From assembly GCA_032718475.1 (NCBI GenBank), contig JAUCBJ010004986.1, forward strand, positions 1 through 64,000: DNA of 64,000 nt, read 5' to 3'. Made by a program: the position numbers and the translations under genes. The notes below the pieces were generated by a model, which made no database searches, was not told the DNA's origin, and saw only the letters and a list, made by a program, of their open reading frames with translations. This DNA is from Nemertoderma westbladi. Taxonomy: Eukaryota; Animalia; Xenacoelomorpha. Positions 15,001 to 28,800 of the stretch are shown here, piece by piece. The first letter of the stretch is position 1. The number at the start of each line of letters is the position of its first letter.

Positions 15001-17332
15001 TTTATTTAATCATACAAGTGGGTAGGTAGACAAACATTGTGTGATCGTGGCGTTTATTTAATCATACAAGTGGGTAGGTAGACAAACATTGTGTGATCGT
15101 AGCGTTTATTTAATCATACAAGTGGGTAGGTAGACAAACATTGTGTGATCGTGGCGTTTATTTAATCATACAAGTGGGTAGGTAGACAAACATTGTGTGA
15201 TCGTGGCGTTTATTTAATCATACAAGTGGGTAGGTAGACAAACATTGTGTGATCGTAGCGTTTATTTAATCATACAAGTGGGTAGGTAGACAAACATTGT
15301 GTGATCGTGGCGTTTATTTAATCATACAAGTGGGTAGGTAGACAAACATTGTGTGATCGTGGCGTTTATTTAATCATACAAGTGGGATAACAAACATTGT
15401 GTGATCGCGGCGTTTATTTAATCATACAAGTAGGTAGACAAACATTGTGTGATCGTGGCGTTTATTTAATCATACAAGTGGGTAGACAAACATTGTGTGA
15501 TCGTGGCGTTTATTTAATCATACAAGTAGGATAACAAACATTGTGTGATCGTGGCGTTTATTTAATCATACAAGTGGGTAGACAAACATTGTGTGATCGT
15601 GGCGTTTATTTAATCATACAAGTAGGTAGACAAACATTGTGTGATCGTGGCGTTTATTTAATCATAAAAGTGGGTAGGTAGACAAACATTGTGTGATCGT
15701 GGCGTTTATTTAATCATACAAGTGGGTAGGTAGACAAACATTGTGTGATCGTGGCGTTTATTTAATCATACAAGTAGGATAACAAACATTGTGTGATCGT
15801 GGCGTTTATTTAATCATAAAAGTGGGTAGGTAGACAAACATTGTGTGATCGTGGCGTTTATTTAATCATACAAGTAGGTAGACAAACATTGTGTGATCGT
15901 GGCGTTTATTTAATCATACAAGTAGGTAGACAAACATTGTGTGATCGTGGCGTTTATTTAATCATACAAGTAGGTAGACAAACATTGTGTGATCGTGGCG
16001 TTTATTTAATCATAAAAGTGGGTAGGTAGACAAACATTGTGTGATCGTGGCGTTTATTTAATCATACAAGTGGGTAGGTAGACAAACATTGTGTGATCGT
16101 GGCGTTTATTTAATCATACAAGTAGGATAACAAACATTGTGTGATCGTGGCGTTTATTTAATCATAAAAGTGGGTAGGTAGACAAACATTGTGTGATCGT
16201 GGCGTTTATTTAATCATACAAGTGGGTAGGTAGACAAACATTGTGTGATCGTGGCGTTTATTTAATCATACAAGTGGGATAACAAACATTGTGTGATCGC
16301 GGCGTTTATTTAATCATACAAGTAGGTAGACAAACATTGTGTGATCGTGGCGTTTATTTAATCATAAAAGTGGGTAGGTAGACAAACATTGTGTGATCGT
16401 GGCGTTTATTTAATCATACAAGTGGGTAGGTAGACAAACATTGTGTGATCGTGGCGTTTATTTAATCATACAAGTAGGATAACAAACATTGTGTGATCGT
16501 GGCGTTTATTTAATCATAAGTGGGATAACAAACATTGTGTGATCGTGGCGTTTATTTAATCATACAAGTGGGTAGGTAGACAAACATTGTGTGATCGTGG
16601 CGTTTATTTAATCATACAAGTTGGTAGACAAACATTGTGTGATCGTGGCGTTTATTTAATCATACAAGTGGGTAGGTAGACAAACATTGTGTGATCGTGG
16701 CGTTTATTTAATCATACAAGTGGGTAGGTAGACAAACATTGTGTGATCGTGGCGTTTATTTAATCATACAAGTAGGATAACAAACATTGTGTGATCGTGG
16801 CGTTTATTTAATCATAAAAGTGGGTAGGTAGACAAACATTGTGTGATCGTGGCGTTTATTTAATCATACAAGTGGGTAGGTAGACAAACATTGTGTGATC
16901 GTGGCGTTTATTTAATCATACAAGTGGGTAGGTAGACAAACATTGTGTGATCGTGGCGTTTATTTAATCATACAAGTGGGTAGGTAGACAAACATTGTGT
17001 GATCGTGGCGTTTATTTAATCATACAAGTGGGTAGGTAGACAAACATTGTGTGATCGTGGCGTTTATTTAATCATACAAGTGGGTAGGTAGACAAACATT
17101 GTGTGATCGTGGCGTTTATTTAATCATACAAGTGGGTAGGTAGACAAACATTGTGTGATCGTGGCGTTTATTTAATCATACAAGTGGGTAGGTAGACAAA
17201 CATTGTGTGATCGTGGCGTTTATTTAATCATACAAGTGGGTAGGTAGACAAACATTGTGTGATCGTGGCGTTTATTTAATCATACAAGTGGGTAGGTAGA
17301 CAAACATTGTGTGATCGTGGCGTTTATTTAAT
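1..17332 (+). repeat. 52-bp satellite array, segment 1 (roughly 340 units; 52/48/46-bp variants); extends beyond the window start
   Basis: Uninterrupted tandem copies of caaacattgtgtgatcgtggcgtttatttaatcatacaagtgggtaggtaga. Variants lose one 4-nt (taggt/ggta) slip (48 bp) or read cataagtgggataa (46 bp). Confidence 0.98.
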
Positions 17333-17420
17333 TAATAATAAATTACCATAAGCAAAATATAGCATATAGGTAAGTATTAGGGGTCTACACTGGCTGAATA
17401 TTGTAATGAAAACGCTGGAT

Positions 17421-17460
17421 TTAGTGAACGTTTTCGCCCTACCGGGCTACGTCAGACCTA
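17421..17460 (-). ncRNA. Minimal type I hammerhead-ribozyme-like motif in the PLE 3' end
   Basis: Minus strand reads UAGGU-CUGAC-GUA-GCCC-GGUA-GGGC-GAAA-ACGU-UC-ACUAA: CUGA and GAAA boxes, 4-bp stem II, palindromic AACGUU in place of stem III, UC cleavage site. Extra U in the CUGANGA box and a weak stem I. Confidence 0.55.
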
Positions 17461-17798
17461 TTATATTAATAAAGCATAATGGAGTAATTAAATTCAATTC
17501 GAAATTCCCGCCACCTAAATAAAGCACTAATAGAATAGATAGTTCTAAGTAGGTCCTATATGTAATATAATATAAACAAAGTCGAAAACAAAATCAAAAA
17601 ACAAAAGTCTCCAGAATAAAATAGATTTTTATCCAAACTTACATAAAGTAAAAATCTAATCGTGTCTCTAAGTAGCTCTCGTACTATTATTATAAAAACA
17701 AAAACCTCCAAACGCTCAGTTTCAACTCCGTATAACAAGTAAGGTAATATACAGTCAAACACACATTAGCAACCCCCATATGCGTACTATCCATTCCC

Positions 17799-20700
17799 AA
17801 AAACATTCAATATGCGCGCTGCTCGTTAAATAAGTTAGGTTAAAGTTAGGTTAATGAATAGGTCTAACTGTAGATTATGCAATGTATAAGTTTAAGTTCA
17901 AAAAATAAGTAATATTGAAAATAATGTATAAAACAACAGATGAAGACAAACCAAAAACATTCAATATGCGCGCTGCCCGTTAAGTAAGTTAGGTTAAAGT
18001 TAGGTTAATGAATAAGTCTAACTGTAGATTATGCAATGTATAAGTTTAAGTTCAAAAAATAAGTAATATTGAAAATAATGTATAAAACAACAGATGAAGA
18101 CAAACCAAAAACATTCAAAATGCGCGCTGCTCCTTAAGTAAGTTAGATTAAGGTTAGGTTAATGAATAAGTCTAACTGTAGATTATGCAATGTATAAGTT
18201 TAAGTTCGAAAAATAAGTAATATTGAAAATAATGCATAAAACTACAGATTAAGACAAACCAAAAAACATTCAATATGCGCGCTGCTCGTTAAGTAAGTTA
18301 GGTTAATGAATAAGTCTAACTGTAGATTATGCAATGTATAAGTTTAAGTTCAGAAAATAAGTAATATTGAAAATAATGCATAAAACAACAGATTAAGACA
18401 AACCAAAAACATTAAATATGCGCGCTGCCCGTTAAGTAAGTTAGGTTAAAGTTAGGTTAATGAATAAGTCTAACTGTAGATTATGCAATGTATAAGTTTA
18501 AGTTCGAAAAATAGGTAATATTGAAAATAATGCATAAAACAACCGATTAAGGCAAACCAAAAACATTCAATATGCGTGCTGCTCGTTAAGTAAGTTAGGT
18601 TAATGAATAAGTCTAACTGTAGATTATGCAATGTATAAGTTTAAGTTCGAAAAATAAGTAATATTGAAAATAATGCATAAAACAACAGATTAAGACAAAC
18701 CAAAAACATTCAATATGCGCGCTGCTCGTTAAGTAAGTTAGGTTAAATTTAGGTTAATGAATAAGTCTAACTGTAGATTATGCAATGTATAAGTTTAAGT
18801 TCAAAAAATAAGTAATATTGAAAATAATGTATAAAACAACAGATGAAGACAAACCAAAAACATTCAAAATGCGCGCTGCTCCTTAAGTAAGTTAGATTAA
18901 GGTTAGGTTAATGAATAAGTCTAACTGTAGATTATGCAATGTATAAGTTTAAGTTCAAAAAATAAGTAATATTGAAAATAATGTATAAAACAACAGATGA
19001 AGACAAACCAAAAACATTCAATATGCGCGCTGCCCGTTAAGTAAGTTAGGTTAAAGTTAGGTTAATGAATAAGTCTAACTGTAGATTATGCAATGTATAA
19101 GTTTAAGTTCAAAAAATAAGTAATATTGAAAATAATGTATAAAACAACAGATGAAGACAAACCAAAAACATTCAAAATGCGCGCTGCTCCTTAAGTAAGT
19201 TAGTTTAAAGTTAGGTTAATGAATAAGTCTAACTGTAGATTATGCAATGTATAAGTTTAAGTTCAAAAAATAAGTAATATTGAAAATAATGTATAAAACA
19301 ACAGATGAAGACAAACCAAAAACATTAAATATGCGCGCTGCTCCTTAAGTAAGTTAGATTAAGGTTAGGTTAATGAATAAGTCTAACTGTAGATTATGCA
19401 ATGTATAAGTTTAAGTTCAAAAAATAAGTAATATTGAAAATAATGTATAAAACAACAGATGAAGACAAACCAAAAACATTAAATATGCGCGCTGCTCCTT
19501 AAGTAAGTTAGATTAAGGTTAGGTTAATGAATAAGTCTAACTGTAGATTATGCAATGTATAAGTTTAAGTTCAAAAAATAAGTAATATTGAAAATAATGT
19601 ATAAAACAACAGATGAAGACAAACCAAAAACATTAAATATGCGCGCTGCTCCTTAAGTAAGTTAGAATTAAATATGCGCGCTGCCCGTTAAGTAAGTTAG
19701 GTTAAAGTTAGGTTAATGAATAAGTCTAACTGTAGATTATGCAATGTATAAGTTTAAGTTCGAAAAATAGGTAATATTGAAAATAATGCATAAAACAACA
19801 GATTAAGACAAACCAAAAACATTCAATATGCGTGCTGCTCGTTAAGTAAGTTAGGTTAATGAATAAGTCTAACTGTAGATTATGCAATGTATAAGTTTAA
19901 GTTCGAAAAATAAGTAATATTGAAAATAATGCATAAAACAACAGATTAAGACAAACCAAAAACATTCAATATGCGCGCTGCTCGTTAAGTAAGTTAGGTT
20001 AAATTTAGGTTAATGAATAAGTCTAACTGTAGATTATGCAATGTATAAGTTTAAGTTCAAAAAAAAAAAAAGTAATATTGAAAATAATGCATAAAACAAC
20101 AGATTAAGACAAACCAAAAACATTCAATATGCGCGCTGCTCGTTACGTAAGTTAGGTTAACATTCAATATGCGCGCTGTTCGTTAAGTAAGTTAGGTTAA
20201 AGTTAGGTTAATGAATAAGTCTAACTGTAGATTATGCAATGTATAAGTTTAAGTTCAAAAAAAAAAAATAAGTAATATTGAAAATAATGCATAAAACAAC
20301 AGATTAAGACAAACCAAAAACATTCAATATGCGGGCTGCTCGTTAAGTAAGTTAGGTTAAAGTTAGGTTAATGAATAAGTCTAACTGTAGATTATGCAAT
20401 GTATAAGTTTAAGTTCAAAAAAAAAAATAAGTAATATTGAAAATAATGCATAAAACAACAGATTAAGACAAACCAAAAACATTCAATATGCGCGCTGCTC
20501 GTTAAGTAAGTTTGGTTAAATTTAGGTTAATGAATAAGTCTAACTGTAGATTATGCAATGTATAAGTTTAAGTTCAGAAAATAAGTAATATTGAAAATAA
20601 TGCATAAAACAACAGATTAAGACAAACCAAAAACATTCAATATGCGCGCTGCTCGTTAAGTAAGTTAGTTTAACATTCAATATGTGCGCTGCTCGTTAAG

Positions 20701-21960
20701 TAAGTTAGGTTAACATTCAATATGCGCGCTGCTCGTTAAGTAAGTTAGGTTAAAGTTAGGTTAATGAATAAGTCTAACTGTAGATTATGCAATGTATAAG
20801 TTTAAGTTCAGAAAATAAGTAATATTGAAAATAATGCATAAAACAACAGATTAAGACAAACCAAAAACATTCAATATGCGCGCTGCTCGTTAAGTAAGTT
20901 AGTTTAACATTCAATATGTGCGCTGCTCGTTAAGTAAGTTAGGTTAAAGTTAGGTTAATGAATAAGTCTAACTGTAGATTATGCAATGTATAAGTTTAAG
21001 TTCAAAAAAATAAGTAATATTGAAAATAATGCATAAAACAACAGATTAAGACAAACCAAAAACATTCAATATGCGCGCTGCTCGTTAAGTAAGTTAGGTT
21101 AAAGTTAGGTTAATGAAAAAGTCTAACTGTAGATTATGCAATGTATAAGTTTAAGTTCAAAAAATAAGTAATATTGAAAATAATGCATGAAACAACAGAT
21201 TAAGACAAACCAAAAACATTCAATATGTGCGCTGCTCGTTAAGTAAGTTAGGTTCAAGTTAGGTTAATGAATAAGTCTAACTGTAGATTATGCAATGTAT
21301 AAGTTTAAGTTCAAAAAATAAGTAATATTGAAAATAATGCATGAAACACCAGATTAAGACAAACCAAAAACATTCAATATGCGCGCTGCTCGTTAAGTAA
21401 GTTAGGTTAACATTCAATATGCGCGCTGCTCGTTAAGTAAGTTAGGTTAAAGTTAGGTTAATGAATAAGTCTAACTGTAGATTATGCAATGTATAAGTTT
21501 AAGTTCAAAAAATAAGTAATATTGAAAATAATGCATGAAACAACAGATTAAGACAAACCAAAAACATTCAATATGTGCGCTGCTCGTTAAGTAAGTTAGG
21601 TTAAAGTTAGGTTAATGAATAAGTCTAACTGTAGATTATGCAATGTATAAGTTTAAGTTCAAAAAATAAGTAATATTGAAAATAATGTATAAAACAACAG
21701 ATTAAGGCAAACCAAAAATATTCAATATGCGCGCTGCTCGTTACGTAAGTTAGATTAAGGTTAGGTTAATGAATAAGTCTAACTGTAGATTATGCAATGT
21801 ATAAGTTTAAGTTCAAAAAATAAGTATTATTGAAACTCACGCACAAAACAACAGACCAAGGCAAACCAAAAAAAAAAAAAACACGAAACATGCGCGCTGA
21901 TCGTTAAGTAGGTTAGGTTAATGAATAAGTCTAACTGTAGGTTATGTAATAAGTTTAAGT
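17799..21960. repeat. ~154-bp tandem array (about 27 units, with ~143-bp variants and 40-bp sub-duplications) inside the PLE 3' region
   Basis: Unit aaaaacattcaatatgcgcgctgctcgttaagtaagttagg...gacaaacc starts at 17799, 17953 and 18107 (period 154). Confidence 0.95.
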
Positions 21961-22103
21961 GAAACCAAAGATATTAAATATGTGAAGTCAGTATAATATG
22001 CAAAGTATACGTTGTAAAATAAAGAATAATTATTATTATTTTTATTTTTATTTTAGGAGAGTCCATACTTTCATTAGATTAGACCCTTATTAATGTGCAG
22101 TTA

Positions 22104-22847
22104 CTAAAGTGTAGGTTGGTAGACGTTAAGGGGCGGACGATGAGTTTTGATTAGGAGTCCCTCCGCTGCGAGTAGCTCAACGGTATTCCCAAAGTATTTA
22201 AATGCGCAAATGCGGAAACACCGCATTCCGCAACCATAGAGGTGTCTTGCTAGAAGGATATCATCGTGGGTTTTGCCGTCATTCGCTTTACTTGGGTAGT
22301 TCTTAACCATATTACGGTGGCCGTTGACTCGCTCATTTAAATGTTGTATTGTTTTGCCGATGTAAAAGCTAGGGGTGTGCAAGGAGCACCAGGCAATGTA
22401 TATTATATGGTGTGTTTTACAATTAAACCGCCCGTGTATGTTAGCGCCCCAGGGAGTTTGCGATACGTTAGTGATGTGCTGGCATGTTAAACATCCCGGT
22501 GTCTTACAGGGGTGATTACCAAGTCGCAAACTCGATATGATAGTCTTGTTGTTCATAAGCATTTGTCCCAGGGAGTCGGGATTGATGGTTACCACGTTGA
22601 TTCTAAGGTCGCTTCCATGTAAGTGTCTTTTCGTGATGGATCTGAATTTATTTCTGAGTTGTGCGGTGCAGGGTAGGTAGAAACGTCCGGAATTGTGTTC
22701 ACTTTCGTTTTCGTGATCGTCGATGCGCGTTGTAGGGGCCCATATTCTGAGTTGGTTGATTATTGTTTTCGGGTAATCTCGGAGTAGACATTCCCCTAGA
22801 TATACGTCCCGGTGTATAGTAAAATCTGTAGGATTTGAACAGCGGCA
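22104..22847 (-). pseudogene. C-terminal part of the PLE polyprotein: RT thumb, Cys-rich linker, GIY-YIG endonuclease (5'-truncated)
   Basis: Manual translation shows the frame stays open upstream of the listed ORF (22595) as far as the junction. Motifs CKTPGCLTCQHI, FNCKTHHIIYIAWC...FYIGKTIQHLNERVNGH, LARH, EGLLIKTHRPPLN. Confidence 0.88.
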
Positions 22848-25800
22848 TTTATTTAATCATACAAGTGGGTAGGTAGACAAACATTGTGTGATCGTGGCGT
22901 TTATTTAATCATAAGTAGGATAACAAACATTGTGTGATCGTGGCGTTTATTTAATCATACAAGTGGGTAGGTAGACAAACATTGTGTGATCGTGGCGTTT
23001 ATTTAATCATACAAGTGGGTAGACAACATTGTGTGATCGTGGCGTTTATTTAATCATACAAGTGGGATAACAAACATTGTGTGATCGTGGCGTTTATTTA
23101 ATCATACAAGTAGGTAGGTAGACAAACATTGTGTGATCGTGGTGTTTATTTAATCATACAAGTGGGTAGGTAGACAAACATTGTGTGATCGTGGCGTTTA
23201 TTTAATCATACAAGTAGGTAGGTAGACAAACATTGTGTGATCGTGGTGTTTATTTAATCATACAAGTGGGTAGGTAGACAAACATTGTGTGATCGTGGAG
23301 TTTAACTAATCATACAAGTGGGTAGGTAGACAAACATTGTGTGATCGTGGCGTTTATTTAATCATACAAGTGGGTAGGTAGACAAACATTGTGTGATCGT
23401 GGCGTTTATTTAATCATCCGTGGGTTAACAAACATTGTGTGATCGTGGCGTTTATTTAATCATACAAGTGGGTAGGTAGACAAACATTGTGTGATCGTGG
23501 CGTTTATTTAATCATAAGTAGGATAACAAACATTGTGTGATCGTGGCGTTTATTTAATCATACAAGTGGGTAGGTAGACAAACATTGTGTGATCGTGGCG
23601 TTTATTTAATCATACAAGTGGGTAGGTAGACAAACATTGTGTGATCGTGGCGTTTATTTAATCATACAAGTAGGATAACAAACATTGTGTGATCGTGGCG
23701 TTTATTTAATCATAAGTAGGATAACGAACATTGTGTGATCGTGGCGTTTATTTAATCATACAAGTGGGTAGGTAGACAAACATTGTGTGATCGTGGCGTT
23801 TATTTAATCATACAAGTGGGTAGGTAGACAAACATTGTGTGATCGTGGCGTTTATTTAATCATACAAGTGGGTAGGTAGACAAACATTGTGTGATCGTGG
23901 CGTTTATTTAATCATAAGTAGGATAACAAACATTGTGTGATCGTGGCGTTTATTTAATCATAAGTAGGATAACAAACATTGTGTGATCGTGGCGTTTATT
24001 TAATCATACAAGTGGGTAGACAAACATTGTGTGATCGCGGCGTTTATTTAATCATAAGTAGGATAACAAACATTGTGTGATCGTGGCGTTTATTTAATCA
24101 TAAGTAGGATAACAAACATTGTGTGATCGTGGCGTTTATTTAATCATACAAGTGGGTAGTTAGACAAACATTGTGTGATCGTGGCGTTTATTTAATCATA
24201 CAAGTGGGTAGGTAGACAAACATTGTGTGATCGTGGTGTTTATTTAATCATACAAGTGGGTAGGTAGACAAACATTGTGTGATCGTGGCGTTTATTTAAT
24301 CATACAAGTGGGTAGGTAGACAAACATTGTGTGATCGTGGCGTTTATTTAATCATACAAGTGGGTAGACAAACATTGTGTGATCGTGGCGTTTATTTAAT
24401 CATACAAGTGGGTAGACAAACATTGTGTGATCGTGGCGTTTATTTAATCATACAAGTGGGTAGGTAGACAAACATTGTGTGATCGTGGCGTTTATTTAAT
24501 CATACAAGTGGGTAGGTAGACAAACATTGTGAGATCGTGGCGTTTATTTAATCATACAAGTGGGTAGGTAGACAAACATTGTGTGATCGTGGCGTTTATT
24601 TAATCATACAAGTGGGTAGGTAGACAAACATTGTGTGATCGTGGCGTTTATTTAATCATACAAGTGGGTAGGTAGACAAACATTGTGTGATCGTGGCGTT
24701 TATTTAATCATACAAGTGGGTAGGTAGACAAACATTGTGTGATCGTGGCGTTTATTTAATCATACAAGTGGGTAGGTAGACAAACATTGTGTGATCGTGG
24801 CGTTTATTTAATCATAAGTAGGATAACAAACATTGTGTGATCGTGGCGTTTATTTAATCATAAGTAGGATAACAAACATTGTGTGATCGTGGCGTTTATT
24901 TAATCATACAAGTGGGTAGGTAGACAAACATTGTGTGATCGTGGCGTTTATTTAATCATACAAGTGGGTAGGTAGACAAACATTGTGTGATCGTGGTGTT
25001 TATTTAATCATAAGTAGGATAACAAACATTGTGTGATCGTGGCGTTTATTTAATCATAAGTAGGATAACAAACATTGTGTAATCGTGGCGTTTATTTAAT
25101 CATAAGTAGGATAACAAACATTGTGTGATCGTGGCGTTTATTTAATCATACAAGTGGGTAGGTAGACAAACATTGTGTGATCGTGGCGTTTATTTAATCA
25201 TACAAGTGGGTAGGTAGACAAACATTGTGTGATCGTGGCGTTTATTTAATCATACAAGTGGGTAGGTAGACAAACATTGTGTGATCGTGGCGTTTATTTA
25301 ATCATAAGTAGGATAACAAACATTGTGGGATCGTGGTGTTTATTTAATCATACAAGTGGGTAGGTAGACAAACATTGTGTGATCGTGGCGTTTATTTAAT
25401 CATACAAGTGGGTAGACAAACATTGTGTGATCGTGGCGTTTATTTAATCATACAAGTGGGTAGGTAGACAAACATTTTGTGATCGTGGCGTTTATTTAAT
25501 CATACAAGTGGGTAGGTAGACAAACATTGTGTGATCGTGGCGTTTATTTAATCATACAAGTGGGTAGGTAGACAAACATTGTGTGATCGTGGCGTTTATT
25601 TAATCATACAAGTGGGTAGGTAGACAAACATTGTGTGATCGTGGCGTTTATTTAATCATAAGTAGGATAACAAACATTGTGTGATCGTGGCGTTTATTTA
25701 ATCATACAAGTGGGTAGGTAGACAAACATTGTGTGATCGTGGCGTTTATTTAATCATAAGTAGGATAACAAACATTGTGTGATCGTGGCGTTTATTTAAT

Positions 25801-28800
25801 CATACAAGTGGGTAGGTAGACAAACATTGTGTGATCGTGGCGTTTATTTAATCATACAAGTGGGTAGACAAACATTGTGTGATCGTGGCGTTTATTTAAT
25901 CATACAAGTGGGTAGGTAGACAAACATTGTGTGATCGTGGCGTTTATTTAATCATACAAGTGGGTAGGTAGACAAACATTGTGTGATCGTGGCGTTTATT
26001 TAATCATACAAGTGGGTAGGTAGACAAACATTGTGTGATCGTGGCGTTTATTTAATCATACAAGTGGGTAGGTAGACAAACATTGTGTGATCGTGGCGTT
26101 TATTTAATCATAAGTAGGATAACAAACATTGTGTGATCGTGGCGTTTATTTAATCATACAAGTAGGTAGGTAGACAAACATTGTGTGATCGTGGCGTTTA
26201 TTTAATCACACAAGTGGGTAGGTAGACAAACATTGTGTGATCGTGGCGTTTATTTAATCATACAAGTGGGTAGACAAACATTGTGTGATCGTGGCGTTTA
26301 TTTAATCATAAGTAGGATAACAAACATTGTGTGATCGTGGCGTTTATTTAATCATACAAGTGGGTAGGTAGACAAACATTGTGTGATCGTGGCGTTTATT
26401 TAATCATACAAGTGGGTAGGTAGACAAACATTGTGTGATCGTGGCGTTTATTTAATCATACAAGTGGGTAGGTAGACAAACATTGTGTGATCGTGGCGTT
26501 TATTTAATCATAAGTAGGATAACAAACATTGTGTGATCGTGGCGTTTATTTAATCATAAGTAGGATAACAAACATTGTGTGATCGTGGCGTTTATTTAAT
26601 CATACAAGTGGGTAGGTAGACAAACATTGTGTGATCGTGGCGTTTATTTAATCATAAGTAGGATAACAAACATTGTGTGATCGTGGCGTTTATTTAATCA
26701 TACAAGTGGGTAGGTAGACAAACATTGTGTGATCGTGGCGTTTATTTAATCATACAAGTGGGTAGGTAGACAAACATTGTGTGATCGTGGCGTTTATTTA
26801 ATCATACAAGTGGGTAGGTAGACAAACATTGTGTGATCGTGGCGTTTATTTAATCATACAAGTGGGTAGGTAGACAAACATTGTGTGATCGTGGCGTTTA
26901 TTTAATCATACAAGTGGGTAGGTAGACAAACATTGTGTGATCGTGGCGTTTATTTAATCATACAAGTAGGTAGGTAGACAAACATTGTGTGATCGTGGCG
27001 TTTATTTAATCATACAAGTGGGTAGGTAGACAAACATTGTGTGATCGTGGCGTTTATTTAATCATACAAGTGGGTAGGTAGACAAACATTGTGTGATCGT
27101 GGCGTTTATTTAATCATAAGTAGGATAACAAACATTGTGTGATCGTGGCGTTTATTTAATCATACAAGTAGGTAGGTAGACAAACATTGTGTGATCGTGG
27201 CGTTTATTTAATCATACAAGTGGGTAGGTAGACAAACATTGTGTGATCGTGGCGTTTATTTAATCATAAGTAGGATAACAAACATTGTGTGATCGTGGCG
27301 TTTATTTAATCATACAAGTGGGTAGGTAGACAAACATTGTGTGATCGTGGCGTTTATTTAATCATACAAGTGGGTAGACAACATTGTGTGATCGTGGCGT
27401 TTATTTAATCATACAAGTGGGATAACAAACATTGTGTGATCGTGGCGTTTATTTAATCATACAAGTAGGTAGGTAGACAAACATTGTGTGATCGTGGTGT
27501 TTATTTAATCATACAAGTGGGTAGGTAGACAAACATTGTGTGATCGTGGCGTTTATTTAATCATACAAGTAGGTAGGTAGACAAACATTGTGTGATCGTG
27601 GTGTTTATTTAATCATACAAGTGGGTAGGTAGACAAACATTGTGTGATCGTGGAGTTTAACTAATCATACAAGTGGGTAGGTAGACAAACATTGTGTGAT
27701 CGTGGCGTTTATTTAATCATACAAGTGGGTAGGTAGACAAACATTGTGTGATCGTGGCGTTTATTTAATCATCCGTGGGTTAACAAACATTGTATGATCG
27801 TGGCGTTTATTTAATCATACAAGTGGGTAGGTAGACAAACATTGTGTGATCGTGGCGTTTATTTAATCATACAAGTGGGTAGGTAGACAAACATTGTGTG
27901 ATCGTGGCGTTTATTTAATCATAAGTAGGATAACAAACATTGTGTGATCGTGGCGTTTATTTAATCATACAAGTGGGTAGGTAGACAAACATTGTGTGAT
28001 CGTGGCGTTTATTTAATCATACAAGTGGGTAGGTAGACAAACATTGTGTGATCGTGGCGTTTATTTAATCATACAAGTAGGATAACAAACATTGTGTGAT
28101 CGTGGCGTTTATTTAATCATAAGTAGGATAACGAACATTGTGTGATCGTGGCGTTTATTTAATCATACAAGTGGGTAGGTAGACAAACATTGTGTGATCG
28201 TGGCGTTTATTTAATCATACAAGTGGGTAGGTAGACAAACATTGTGTGATCGTGGCGTTTATTTAATCATACAAGTGGGTAGGTAGACAAACATTGTGTG
28301 ATCGTGGCGTTTATTTAATCATAAGTAGGATAACAAACATTGTGTGATCGTGGCGTTTATTTAATCATAAGTAGGATAACAAACATTGTGTGATCGTGGC
28401 GTTTATTTAATCATACAAGTGGGTAGACAAACATTGTGTGATCGCGGCGTTTATTTAATCATAAGTAGGATAACAAACATTGTGTGATCGTGGCGTTTAT
28501 TTAATCATAAGTAGGATAACAAACATTGTGTGATCGTGGCGTTTATTTAATCATACAAGTGGGTAGTTAGACAAACATTGTGTGATCGTGGCGTTTATTT
28601 AATCATACAAGTGGGTAGGTAGACAAACATTGTGTGATCGTGGTGTTTATTTAATCATACAAGTGGGTAGGTAGACAAACATTGTGTGATCGTGGCGTTT
28701 ATTTAATCATACAAGTGGGTAGGTAGACAAACATTGTGTGATCGTGGCGTTTATTTAATCATACAAGTGGGTAGACAAACATTGTGTGATCGTGGCGTTT

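Larger units (their letters stand above)
17333..22847 (-). mobile_element. 5'-truncated Penelope-like retroelement (Neptune-like) inserted in the satellite
   Basis: Minus-strand frame gives an RT-thumb-like segment (RCSNPTDF...LLRDYPKTII), a Cys-rich linker and a GIY-YIG domain. Hammerhead-like motif near the 3' end. Satellite 10-mer tttatttaat is present at both junctions (17323-17332 and 22848-22857), consistent with a TSD. Confidence 0.85.

Noticed and set aside
17799-21960. TTAGG telomere-like repeats
   Set aside because: Only isolated ttagg words within a 154-bp unit, with no (TTAGG)n run.
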